A model generated the notes under the pieces. The model had not been told where the DNA came from and ran no database searches. It saw only the letters and a list, made by a program, of their open reading frames with translations. Below are positions 12,299 to 24,861 of a DNA stretch of 64,000 nt, piece after piece; within the stretch, counting starts at the first letter, position 1; every line of letters starts with the position of its first letter. The position numbers and the translations under genes were made by a program. Source of the stretch: Marsupella aquatica (Eukaryota > Plantae > Marchantiophyta); NCBI GenBank assembly GCA_973895155.1, contig OZ316896.1:6128166-6192165 (forward strand), written 5' to 3'.

Positions 12299-13590
12299 GA
12301 GAGATATACTTAATGGACCTCCAAATGCAACTTTTTTACTTAACAGACCAAAAGTTGCACACTCTCCCAGTGGGTCTCCGGGCCCACCAAAGGTACCATT
12401 TCATGTGAAATGTTCTACTAACGCACTGTGCAGTCCTTATAACCCAAGATTGTCATTGTAAAACGCAGTATGTTCTACTATTCTTCAGTGTCCGACCGCG
12501 CTGCCAAATGCGGTCGACTACAATCGCAGTTCTGAGTGAATCAATGTATACATTGACCACAATGCATACAAACATCATCTGCAATGTCAAACTAACCATA
12601 AGCCGTGCAGTTGCACTTCAACATAGAGCCTCAAGTTTAGATCATGTATACATTGACATCACTATATCCAAAGACCACAATGTTGGATGAATGAGGCATT
12701 GTGTAACCACAACATATACAAAGGAGTGTGGACATTGACATCCATGTATAACACATGTATTAGAGTATACATAGTTAACCAACTTAGGGTTTAGAGTAAA
12801 CCTTTTCGTAGGCGCATAAAAGTTAAATATGTTTATATCTTGAATTAAATACATTCTGGACAACGTATTAAGACGAGGGTTGACATAGCAGGAACACGAC
12901 CAGGAACAGAAGGAAGAAGCAACACAACAGGAACAAGCAACATGAGAAAATGCGAGAAAATGTCGAGAAACAAACCAAAACACAATGACAACAAAACAGG
13001 TTTCAAACGGGTTCCAAAAAGGGTGGGCACATTTGCATTTTGAAAATTCCTTTAAAGTTGTATACATTTCGGACAATGTACTCATAAAAGCAAGGAGGTT
13101 GGGGGAGGTACCGACGGCGCTTGCAAGCTCCAATGCAGTTGTAAGCTATTTCTTTTGTATCTTGAACACTATAGTGACAATGTATTCTGAAATACTTTGA
13201 GGTTGGGGCACAAAGGTGCTTGCATGCTCTAGTATATGCCGCTGCAAACTCGTTCAATTGTAGTTTGAATACCATAGCCATATTGTATTCAGCAAAACTA
13301 GGAAGCCATGGCGCTACTGCACAACGGTGCTCGATTGCGGTCAAGGGCTACGGTGCTTGTACTGCAATGTTATCGTCGGCCTACTACACACGACCAACCA
13401 TGGTGTCCACAGGGTACGCAATGGACTTCAACTGTGTGGTAAAGTGTTTCACAAGAGCATAGTTGTACGGAGTGGGCCCGGAGGTCCATTGGGAAAGAAT
13501 CTGAAACTTGGGTCCACTGGGAGAGAGGGTGCAACTTTTGGTCTGTTAAGTAAAAAAATTGTATTTGGAGGTCCACTAAGTATATCTCTC
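12299..13590. mobile_element. Non-autonomous Mutator-like (Pack-MULE-like) TIR element
   Basis: TIRs GAGAGATATACTTA(A/G)TGGACCTCCAAAT... at 12299-12387 and 13471-13590; the left arm has an internal deletion. Degenerate 10-bp TSD CATAAAACTG / CATAAGAATG (8/10). Confidence 0.8.
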
Positions 13591-14883
13591 CATAAGAATG
13601 TGAATTGAATGCTTGATGTTTAGAACCTGAACCCAGAACCTACTCCAATAGACAGGGTACCTGTTCCATTCAACAGATTATCTGTCCTAGCAGGTATACG
13701 ATAAAAGGTCATTTTGTGGGCAGAAGTGTCAACACTATTAGGGGAGAGATTTTTGATGTTGTTGGTGGTGTACTAAGGTTTTTGCAGTACATTTGGGCTT
13801 CAACTGCATATGAACTCTACCAAACCTAAATGATGCTCCCATTGACCATAACACTGGTCTTTTGAAATCCCCATGACCCACATTTCCCAAAAATTGAGTT
13901 TAATTGTAATAACTTGATGCTCATAAACCAAAATATGTTTTAGTTTTGAGGATGCACTAGAGGAGTAGGTAAGGTAAACTTCCATTAAAGTGACAATGAT
14001 GTTTTGCCATTTTGGTTGAGTTATTCATCATGGAATGTGGAGGGGAAAATTATATTATATTAATTTTCATTGTGTTAATATGAAATATTTAGGGCTTGCA
14101 TTTTTTATGTCTCCTCCTTCTCTAGTTACCTTGAAGGCAAAAAACTAAAAATTATCTTGAGATTAATAATTATCAAGTCATAAGCCCCAAACTCCCATGG
14201 ACCACCAAAATAAGCTCCATGGGAGCACTGTGTCCAACATGGAGGTCCATCCAGGCTTCACGTTCCTACCAAACCACAAATGAAATTAATCTATGTTTGT
14301 AATCCAATCTAGTGAATAATTAACCAGGAAGTTGATACTTAAAGGGATGCAACCTTTGACCTATCATGTCCAATGGCCCAATTATTTCTGACGCATGAGC
14401 ATTTATTCAAAGTAATTTTGAGTTAAGAGTAACATTGATATTATGCCAGTTGTTCTGTATGGTTTTGACAATACATGAACCCATTAGCACCAACCTGGGT
14501 CCCCACTGGAACCCAAATCCCGCCACAAAGCGTAATGAGCCTGGCGGACAAGAAAAGGGTGAGGGTGAAAATTTATTGGTTTAAGTACGATGTCATCTCT
14601 AATCTGGAAGCAGTCTGAGTGTCTCTGCTAGTTTGAGCTTCTGCCAGCAGGTAGGCAATTCATATCTTGGGCAGGGACCTTTGTAGAGACTCTTGGGCTC
14701 TGTGATCAGAAGAAGAGCCCCAGATAAGCTTTCTTCTGTGTTTTATGGGTAGTGTGAAGCAAACAAAATATACCTTTTGAAGGTGCAAAATTGTGACCGG
14801 AACCCGCATGTCCACAAATTATATCACATGAAAGTATTTTGTCAACCATTCCAATAGATGCAATCTTTGATCTCAATTAACTA

Positions 14884-15266
14884 CACTGTTCATCATAATT
14901 AGTGTTATGAAAAAATTAGTGTTAGTACAAAATTAGTGTCACTGTCACTAATTTGGTATAAGTGTTTTTGAGTCCAATAAACACTGATTTTTGTCTGTTT
15001 TCATAATTGGTTTTTCCACTTTTGTTGAAAATGCTAGTAAAATATGGATGATCTTGAGGCCAAAGTACCATTAATTCTTGTGGATTTTTCAAATAGTATT
15101 TTCCCTCTATTTTTCCACTCTTGAGACCACAGTACCACTAATCCATTTGTGTGGAAATAGTACTGTGTTAACACAACATTAGTATGACTAACACTAGTTT
15201 GCGAGTTGGCCCTGAAAATCAACACTCTCAAATTACTTTTACTCGCACTTATTACAACGAACAATG
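14884..15266. mobile_element. Old MITE with CACT-type termini flanked by TA
   Basis: TA|CACTGTTCATCATAATTAGTG ... CACTTATTACAACGAACAATG|TA; its ATTAGTGTCA subterminal repeats are shared with the element at 16519-17888. Confidence 0.55.
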
Positions 15267-16067
15267 TAGAGATTTTAACAGATCCTAAGTCTCCATAGTT
15301 AATTGAAGGTGCTTACTTTAAAACTATCCCTCTCTAGACATGCATTAGTGAGTATTGTTAGATAGTGCCTCTTTAAATACTCTCAATTGCACAAAAAATT
15401 CACACCTAAGGATGAAAATTCAAAGCTTTTGATGTTGGCCACCTTTGACATATGATATGCGTACCCCTGATTCTTGACACCTTTTTAATGTGGTGGCTTT
15501 CTCATGTGTGCTCCAATCATCATATGTATAATAACAAATTTTGACTCAATAGCCCAGCTCAGGAGGCCTCAAGATTACTTGACAGAAAAAAAATCCATGA
15601 TCATGTTACTCAAATGAACACCCGTGGTCATTTGAGTATGTCATTTGTGTACCTCGATGTCAACAAGATGTTCCCATTTAACAGCTCCAACAAAGGAGCA
15701 CATGGCTTGATAGGTTGGTTCATGTTTTCAATGTCAACTACTGGAATCTGTGTCATTCTTTTGTCCCACTCACTCTGAAACAAAGTATGTTTGTTCAAAT
15801 ATAATCCAGTAATTTGGTCATGTTAAGCTTGGCTGGGATCCTAAAGTGCTCTTTATGTGAAAATAATTTGTTTTTTTTACTTTATATCCATATCATTTTA
15901 GTTAAATGCAAATGTCCATAAATTCCATGCAAGCTTAGGAATGCTATCCAAACAACAGGTTTACTGGGAATCCCACCTGCCAAAACTTACTGTTCTTTAG
16001 TAATGCAATTGTCTTTAATTGTTTGTGTGGAGGGAGATAGTGGATTGCACATAACAATATGCATCAG

Positions 16068-18800
16068 TCAGACAACTTCCTCGAGAACAGGAAGATACAT
16101 TACGCCATATTGCTGCAGCATTGTTTCACGTCACATTTGCCAACACAACTAACATGGAGTTTTCCAAAACTGACATACAAAAGGCTTTAATTTGACATTA
16201 GCTGGCCAATCTCTTCAACTTGGCCAGAAGCATGCAATTTGGCAAAGACTTCATCAAAATGCTACAATTGACTACCATGGGAGCTCCATGACAACTGCTA
16301 GTCAATGCCACCCGAGGACCAGCTTTCCCCTATCTCAAGGTCAGTCGGACAAGGACCTATCTTGATTACTGTTCTTTTTCCATTGAAGTTTTCAAGTGAA
16401 CCTATCTTGATTAATGTTCTTTTTCCATTGAAATACTCAAGTGGTCTTCCATTATCATAGCAAGTTGGAACACTTAGAGGCGTCTACATTTCAAGTCTGC
16501 CCAAGCTCTATCTAGCTACACTCTTTACAGTATTTAGTGTCATGAAACAATTAGTGTCACACACACTAATTAGGGGTAGCCCTTGATTTTCAGCCAAGTA
16601 ACACTATTTACCGCCACCCCCAATTTTGAAAAATAAATTAACATATTGAAAAATATTGATAATTAGAGGTGACTATGTTATTGGTGGTAAACCTAAACTG
16701 GACCCACTCCAAAAAATATCCAGACTACCAACAACATCTCTTTGTGTGTATGTTCTTAGAAAGCTTCTTTGTGTTTTAACTTGTCACTCTTTGTGACAGG
16801 TTCACTTGACAGATTGATCATTTTTTGTGTATGTTCTTAGAAAGCTTCTTTGGGTTTTAGCTTGTCAGTCTTTGTGAAAGGAGGTTGACAGATTGATAAC
16901 ATGGCAGGAATGGATTGGCCATCATAGCTGGATTTGCTAGAGCAAGGGAATTCAAAAAGAATCAAGACTATGTTAAAATGTCACTGGTAATTAATGTGCA
17001 TCTCCTTTGGCTTATCCTCACTTCACTTCAAAAAATGAAAAATGAAGACCCAAAACATGTGGGGATGTCTGGGACACAGGGCACATCTGTGAAATTGATA
17101 AATCCACACAAACATTGTTTTTTACATTGGCAAGGGACTCTGTAGCTAAGGGGAACAGTTCTGTTGACAGACATGGCATGTCTTATGCACAAAACTCAAT
17201 GATAAAGATCAGTTTGTCTCTAAATGTCAACGGTGTATAGTCTGAAAATCAACTTCCACTTGAGCTTCAGAATAGCATAGCGAAGTATTGAGTGAATTTT
17301 GAAGTGAGTCAAGTTGGCGTTGACATTGATGCTACTGTTGAAGTGGCTCCTGATGTTGGTGAACCAGGTGAAGAGCCAGCTCAACCCACTTCTCTTGGGG
17401 CTGTATGCCGTTTTGCAAGGATGAGACACAAGGGACAGGTTATAAGAAAGTAAAAATGATTTTAGTTTGTACTTATGTGAGATAGCATGTGTTATTCGTA
17501 GTTGATAGAAATGAATCAAACAAATCTTGTTTGCTTGGTGTGGTTGAATACCCAAACTGCAATTTTGTGTTATGTGAGAAGGAGTTATAAATTTAATTTT
17601 GAAGTTTCCCAATGTTTGGGTAGTATATGGAAGGAGTTATAAGTTTCTGAAGTTTTCTCAATGTTTGAGTAGTAAATTTTGTAAACTGTAATTAAAAATT
17701 TTATAAGCAAATTTTGACTAGAATTGTCCATTCTATTTTTTGTAACTTAAGTGTATGTGACACTATTTGACTTGTGACCAGAGTTAGTGTCATACTATAT
17801 TAGTGTCACGCACCCTAATTACCGTCACTTACCTCAAATATAACCTCACTGCAATTAGAGTGTGTGAGACTAAATACTGTAAAGAGTGTACATGATTGGA
17901 AGCTATGAAGATGATTCTCATATAGTCGGAGAAGCATGTATGTCCAACTTGCAGGCTGTAAAAGCACACCAAGATGTCTTTGCACAACAATATTAGACTG
18001 TCAAAGAGTGGAGATAATCATAAGCTTTCTGGTCCTCCCTACAGCCATGCCCTGCAGCATTTGACTTCAGGATGGCAAGGGCAAGCTCCATAGACTCCAT
18101 TCTCTAAGAACTTCCATTCAATTCTCTAACTTCCTCAGCAGGTATTTCTGATTTAGCTTTTCTAGGTTACCCCCCAAACTGAGCCATAGTTTAAAACTTC
18201 CCCCCAATCTCTTTTTATTGTTATACTGCCCGCTAAACAGTAGACGGATTTATGTAACCCATATTCCCGCTCCGGCCACAATGCTCTCCCCATCCCAAGG
18301 TGGGTTAGCCTAACCCACTGTTGGTCACTCTGTGCCTCCCCCTCCCTTTGCTACTGCATAGCAATCCAGTGACCCTGCATCCCCAACTTGAAAGGCCCAA
18401 CCTTGCTGTCCGACTGTAATCCCTCCTACCCTCATTATTCTTTGAAAAAAAACACATCAACTCTGCACTTTTGGGAGGTCCCAGGCTGCATGGCACATTG
18501 TCAACTTTCTTCAAAAGCACATTGCGAGCTCCACTTGCAACTCCAATCATCTTATTCTGCATCCCACCCAATTTTACCTTTAACACCTGTTTTCCTTAAA
18601 AAAACAAGCCTATTCCTGCCATTTCTTACTTGCGGTTTGAGCCGGCATTGAGAACTGCCAAATACAGTTTTGAATCCCTTCAGGTGACAACTTTAGTGAA
18701 TGTTTGCAGCTTGTGGCAATTTGTGTGAATGTCTGCAACTTGCATTCAAAGCTCAGTCCCAACAGGTCCAACCTCCATTGCATCATTTCCTTTGGAAGTC
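16068..18800 (+). pseudogene. Decayed L1/Tx1-type LINE ORF2, split by a DNA transposon at 16519-17888
   Basis: Before the insert, frameshifted RT motifs QTTFLENRKI, KTDIQKA, MQFGKDFIKML, LLVNATRGPAF..SVGQG; directly after it, GSYEDDSHIV (YADD position); HFW..QAAW-like C-terminal remnant near 18470. Confidence 0.7.
16519..17888 (+). mobile_element. Internally deleted TA-TSD DNA transposon (Tc1/mariner/pogo-like) with a transposase C-terminal remnant
   Basis: 20-bp perfect TIR CACTCTTTACAGTATTTAGT / ACTAAATACTGTAAAGAGTG with TA on both sides; internal ~81-bp duplication at ~16740-16900; decayed frame DRHGMSYAQNSMIKISLSLNVNGV*SENQLPLELQNSIAKY at 17166-17290. Confidence 0.8.
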
Positions 18801-18911
18801 TGGTCGCGGCCATTGCTTTTATCTTGGGTCCTCACTTCTTTTCTTCCGACCCATCACACACAAATAAATCTATAAGGATAGGGGCAAAATTGATAATCTC
18901 AAGGCCCAACT

Positions 18912-20350
18912 AAGTTATGAGTTTAACATGAAGAACTTGGGCACAACCAAGAGGATCCTAGGTATGGAGATTGTCAAGGATGTGAACAAAACCAAACTTT
19001 GGCTGACGCAGGAAAGATATACAAAGTAGGTGCTCTCAAAATTCAACATAGCAGATGCCAAAGGCTATGAGTGTTCCTTTGACAAAACATTTTAATACTT
19101 TTGTAGCATTTTGTCCATGACATGCGCGGAAAAAGGTTTGAAGTCCAAATGAAGTCCTTTATGAGAGTGTTGTGGGCAATTTAATGTATCTCATGGTATG
19201 CACCCAACCAAACATAGCTTATGTTGTTGCCAAGGTAAGAAAATACATGGCAAATCCAGGAAAAGTTCACTAAGAAGAAGTAATATAGATTTTGCATTAC
19301 ATTAGAGTTTCCACTGAGAAGGGTTTATTGTTTGATCATGCAAGTTCAAACAATATGAAAGTGCTTCAAGGTTATGTGGATACAAATTATGTAAGTGATT
19401 TGGATAAGATGAGGTCAACAACTTGATATGTATTTACACTTGCTGGTGGATGCATTAGTTGGAAATCTACCCTCCAAAAGTATGTTGCAAAGTCTATTAT
19501 GGATGTTGAGTATGTGGCGAGAGTAAAAACAACATCAAAGACTATTTGGCTGAAAGAACTTGTCAATGAGATGGGGTTACCATAGGATTGTGTGTATCTT
19601 CATTGTGACAGTCAAAGTGCAATTTATACTGTCAGGAATCAGTTGATGGATGGCAGGATAAAGCACATTGATGTCCACTATCATTTTATCAGACAAACAT
19701 TATCGGATGATGAATTTAGCTTGTCAAGATTGATGGAAAGTTTAATCCAGCGGATGCTTTTACCAAAGTATTAGACTCAAGTAGTTTTTCAAGACATTGT
19801 AATTCATTACAAATATTGTAAATGTATAATTAACCAAGAAAATGTCTCTATATGATACTCCATTCAATGGCTTATTGGCTATGGCCTAGTTATAGTTAAC
19901 CCTTGCGTTAGGGGAGGGCCTTTTGGGTCTACTATTTTGAACTTCCCGTGGAGGAACTTGTAAGGAAAATATAATATTATGAACCCTCCCAAGAGGTGAG
20001 TCAAGGGGGATTTTGTAGAGGTTAATTGAGTGTGGGGTTAAACTATGGTCAGTATGTTAACTAGGGTTTTCTCTAACCCTAGTTGAAGAGATTGCTCTTT
20101 ATTTCTCCAAGTTCTAAACGGTGTGAGAACACACAAAAGAGAGTTTGCAAGAGAGCACATTCTATATAGATTGAGATGAGAGCTTGAAGAGGAAGAGCTA
20201 TGGTGATGCTCAAGTAGACACATGTTTGTTAATAAAGTTTTGTCTTCCCGTGGACGTAGCCGACCTTGAGGCAAACCACATAAAAACTGAGTAAGTGTAT
20301 GGCCTGGAGTGTTTTTCTCCTCACACCCATATGCCTGGGCATGTTGCAAC
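18912..20350 (+). mobile_element. Ty1/Copia remnant: RT end, RNase H, PPT and 3' LTR
   Basis: MKNLGTTKRILGMEI, GGCISWKS, LHCDSQSAI..., IKHIDVHYHFIRQ with many stops; PPT AAGGGGGA at ~20003-20010; LTR from TGTAGAG (20014) to ~20350. Confidence 0.9.
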
Positions 20351-20836
20351 GAGGCCTATGCTTCTCATTGTCCTGGGATTTATTTCACCCATTAATTGCT
20401 TTGGAGGTCTTTAGGGCTCTTCATCCTATCTTTGACCATTTCATTTATGCTTGTATGGTCTTTTGTACGTATAAAGGGGAGGCCTTATCTGGCCCAGCTT
20501 TGTCAACAATCTTCTTTAGCAGGTCTATAGGATCAAACATTCACTATTCTTCGAAGCGTCCAGGCTATTAGTTTTAGTGTCTGTAGACATACCTTGAGAC
20601 ATGCTCCTCTTAATGATTTCCTACGCGGTTTACTCTAGAGCTTTATCAAGCTTTTCAGTTTGGTGCTCAGTCATGTTTAAGGTTTTTGGAGATTATTGGG
20701 CTTTCAGCTAGTTTGTCTTCATGGACTTTTCACCTGTTTTTGTCAAGTATTTGACTCTTATTTTGGCTAGGTTAACTAGAGTTAGTTAACTGGAGTTGCT
20801 TTAGAGTAACTTGGAGCACACATGAAACTACGTCAC

Positions 20837-21610
20837 TTTTTTTTGTTTTTGTTTTTTGTTTTTTGGGGAAAGGGACCAGCCCAAAACTTTATTACATGCG
20901 GAACAAGCCATCTGCCCGGGGAAGAGGACAGGGAGGACCAAACCAAACAACTGGGGGCAAAAGGGAGGAGCACACCCAGAAAAGGGAGAAAACCGAAAAA
21001 AGGGGGCTAGAGAGAAGAGCACACCCAGAGAAGAGAGGGGGGGGGGGGGGGCAGCACCCAACCCAGATCGCCAAATAAGGAGGAGGCGGATCGAAGAAGG
21101 GAGGGGCGCCCATGAGAAGAGGTAACCCACGGCATCTGCCAAACTACCTAGAGCAGGCCTACAACCATCAGCAATATCATAACCGAATAACAATCACCAG
21201 AACAGACCCAAGGGCAGCACATTACTCCATCCTCCTCGGACTGCCAAAACCACGTCACTAGCCAAGGACCCCAAAAGCCAGACCCCCTGCTGCTGAGCCC
21301 ATCTCATAGGCCATCCCCCCAATGCGATGAGGAACAACAAACTGTATCCACGGATCTGGACAGGAGATAAAATCCCCTCTTATTTGGTCACAGAAGAGCT
21401 TTAGCGCTGTGATCCTTGTGAAGACTCGATCGATGGTTTGCTTCCTCCGAGGTCCTGGGCCGATATTCACCTGAGTACAAAGATCCTGAATTATAGAGGA
21501 ATCATGCCTGAGTGGGAGCCAAATGACCAAAGCCCGTCCACCAGGAAAAGGGGGAGGAAGCGGCAGGGGGTGCCGAATGCAATGGATGAAGAAACCGCAG
21601 CCACCCCGAG
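20837..21610 (-). mobile_element. 3' end of a 5'-truncated LINE-like retroelement
   Basis: On the minus strand, AATAAA (~20888-20893) is followed by an A-rich tail (AAAAAACAAAAAACAAAAACAAAAAAAA), with a pyrimidine-rich 3' UTR and an ORF-end remnant (GLWSF/W..RHD). No clear TSD. Confidence 0.55.
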
Positions 21611-21870
21611 GTGAGAGAGAGAGTTGAACACCCTAGACCTGATGCTTAACCCCAGTAGGAATCACTCTTGATCTTGGAGCTTCTCATTGTGCACACACAC
21701 TGGAGATGAGAGGGTCTAGCTGAAGGAGAGGTACAGAAGTGGTCATTGATGAGGGCATTGTCAAGCTATGGCTGATGTATTGGTTGTGGATGTGGCCTAG
21801 ATGGGTTGAACCCCGTATCCAGGAGTCAGTGTACTTGTGATCCCTATGCTTGGTAATCTAGAGACATCAT
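21611..21870 (+). mobile_element. Copia-type LTR fragment
   Basis: GTGGATGTGGCCTAGATGGGTTGAACCCCGTA resembles the LTR block GTGGACGTAGCC...GAACCA seen at ~20250 and ~46068. Confidence 0.4.
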
Positions 21871-22331
21871 GCTGTCATTTTGATGATTCAACTTTTGCCC
21901 CTTTATTGGGTCTCTTGCCTTTTGGGATCATGTAGTCCTGCTTGTGCCTTTGGTTCCAGGCCTCAAAGCATAGTCACATTGTCAAAGTAATTGGGATGTT
22001 AATTGTTAAGGTCTAAATATTGTATATACTGTTCACAACCATTATAGGCCCTCAGACCATATATCTCTTCAATAGGTACATTTCATTCTAGTTTCTCCCA
22101 AAAAGCTCCCCTTGCACATACACACACACACTTTGCAAAAAGTTTGAAGTTCTTTTTGAGATTGGTTAACCCTAAAATTTTCCCACAAGATGCTTTACAA
22201 CCTAGCCACGCTGATAAAGTTTAATATTAGACTCTGACACTGGAAATTGAGTTTATTTTGATTATGTTATTTTTTAAAATATTCAAATTTATGGCGCTGA
22301 CTTGCTTTCGATGGCCCGCTGGTTTCCCTCC

Positions 22332-22377
22332 GTGGGGTTCACGCAGAATGGGGTTCACGCAGAATATGGTTCACGCA
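22332..22377 (+). repeat. ~3 x 16-bp tandem repeat (TGGGGTTCACGCAGAA)
   Basis: Directly visible. Confidence 0.85.
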
Positions 22378-24861
22378 AAGTAAATTTTACTTCCCATAAA
22401 AATATATATATAAGTGCAAAGGCCTGGTATATATTTTTACCATACTTGAAAGAGAGGAGAGATGATGATTCTCTTTGAATCTACCATACTGGCTCGCAGA
22501 TGGTGTGTAGAGCGGCTACTTACGAAAAATCGAGCTTGCCCTGGACCGCTGCTCCTGGCCCACCACATTGGAAAGGAAGGGAAGGTATGAATGGGGTGGG
22601 CATATGAGGGGGGAGGCAGGACCTCGTGGGGAAAAATATCCTTTAATTTTGGAAAGATATGCATAAAAGGTGGCTGCACGCAAACTGTGGGGGCCCAGCC
22701 GCCCACGGAAAAGCCATATGGGGCCCGGAGAAAGGAGGCGGTGCCAGCCTAGTGGGCGAAATGTACGGCGAAATGTATCTGAATGTTCTGATATTTAGGC
22801 AAATTATTTGTGAAAACTTATTCGACCTCTAAGGAGACGTACCAGCACTCACCCGGCCTCACTTTCCCAATCTGGACCAGGCAGTGGTATATCCTGCACG
22901 ACCAACCTTGCCCCGGAGTTTTAGCAACCCTGCGTAAAATCCAACAGACTGAAAACTTGCCAAAGGTTTTGAGGGCAGCCTGTCGAGAGGTATGAGTACT
23001 GTACTCGGTCGAAAACCACAAATGTTCTCCATTTCTTTTAACAGATGACTATCTGATTATCAGATCGAAACACCCTTGACCTGTGTCTGTCTGAATATAT
23101 CAAATCAACATTTGAGGGGGGTACCTCAAAGCCAGTCCTAGTCCTTGGGAGACCACATTTGCAGCAGACAGCTTGCAGAAAGACTGACAAAACTTACTTT
23201 GAGCTTGAACAGGCAGGTACTGCCGGTCGAGACTGTAACCAATTGATAACTGTTGCCTAGGATGAATAAAAACACAGGTTTGTTGGGTTCGAGGTAGGGA
23301 TATTTGTTGCAGGTTCATTACACGTTCTTCAAAGTTAGACCTGCGGCCGCTGTACATAGCACGAATGCTGCTAGATCGAAGGTCGCTGCATTGAACCGGT
23401 GCCTTCGCATTAAATTGACTGCGATTTTTAGCCCGACATCTGAAGCACAAACTCTGCTCGTAAGTAGTTCCTTCAGTTGAGATAGTCATTCCCACACTTC
23501 CAGAAACACAATTGTCATTCGCAGTCTTCTATGATAATGACTGTATAACCCGAAGGTAACCTGAGAAAGGTATCTGCATACTAACACTGCATGGGGTATA
23601 TCATCCCGCAACTCATCAGTCGATACACTGCCTGTTAGTACGTTAAGAAGCAACGTTCCAGAAGTCTACTCCACGAGACTCTGCACAGACAACCAATATA
23701 CGTTGAAGTTTGGAAAAGGGAGCTGCCGTGGCTTTAGGGACATCACGAGTTAGACGACATTCAACCTGCGAGTAGCCAACAACGACAAAAAGTCATAGCT
23801 CCCTCTCATCCCATAAGATGCCGTCAATGAAACAGTGTCTTTGCTTGAAAGCCATGACCTCTTTGTCGAAGCTACGGGCAGCCTTTGTGGCGAGGAATTT
23901 CCGTTCTACAACATATTTGTCTAAAGCTCATCTGCTTCGTTTCTACAAAAGAGCTGAAAATAATCCACCGACAGTGCCACACAGTGAATACATTTTGAAC
24001 CGAAATTGTGCCAACCTACGCACAGGGAAGGAATTCAATACTGACATGAAATGAAGAACGCTGCTAAACTAAAAAAAAAGATACAGATAGCTCAAGTGAA
24101 TTTGGACAATATTAGTTAAAGAAATCACACGGCCCAAGGCTGGGTTGTCTCGAGTCCAATGTCTTTATTATTGATTTTGTACCCAGATATTTCCACGAGA
24201 GGTGTGGAATGCTGGGAAAGAAAATGTTCAGCTGCCCGCTACTCTTGGTCTTAATTTGTCACTGAACAAACTCACAACGAAAGCTCCGCTTTTCCTTTTC
24301 TTTCAGAAACCCAAAGAATGATGACTCTTGAGAATATGGCAAACGTGTATGTACAAACGTCTTAAGGTAAAGTGCGAGCTACACGAACTAGAATCGAACA
24401 AGAGCAATCTCTCCAACTTGATTGCAGTGCCACTTTACACCGGAACGAGTCACCTGAAAGTCAGAAAGGAAAGGGCTGGCCGTCCTGTTGCAAAAAGTTC
24501 CAGGAACACCCAGTGAAGATGTGTTCAATGATGAATAAATAAAAACACTTTGATCTCTGCCGCAAGAACACCAGGTACTGTAGTATACTTCGTGTGCTCG
24601 TCTGAGATGTACCTGTGCACTATTCAACTCTCAACTCTCAAAGCCTGTGGAAGCGAAAGACAGAATGGGAGAGGTTAGTCTCACCACAGGCCCAGGTCGG
24701 TTGGATGGGAGGACGCTCTCTAAAGCATGCTTTGAAAGGATTCCGAAGGGCCGAAGGTAAACTACTCGAAACTACAGAGTGGACACTTCAATGTTACGAA
24801 AAGCAGTAAAAATCCAGCTTCATCTGCATGTGCACTCTCCTGACATAAGACCCTATTTTAA

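Noticed and set aside
12508-12690. SSLDHVYID resembles PIF1/Helitron helicase motif V (QG.SLD.V.ID)
   Set aside because: The HKSQG core and motif VI are absent, and the segment lies inside a TIR element; probably chance.
22437-24809. Short ORFs and a possible 3'-UTR intron (~24684-24613) downstream of the DIV-like gene
   Set aside because: No motifs; cannot be distinguished from UTR or intergenic sequence without transcript data.
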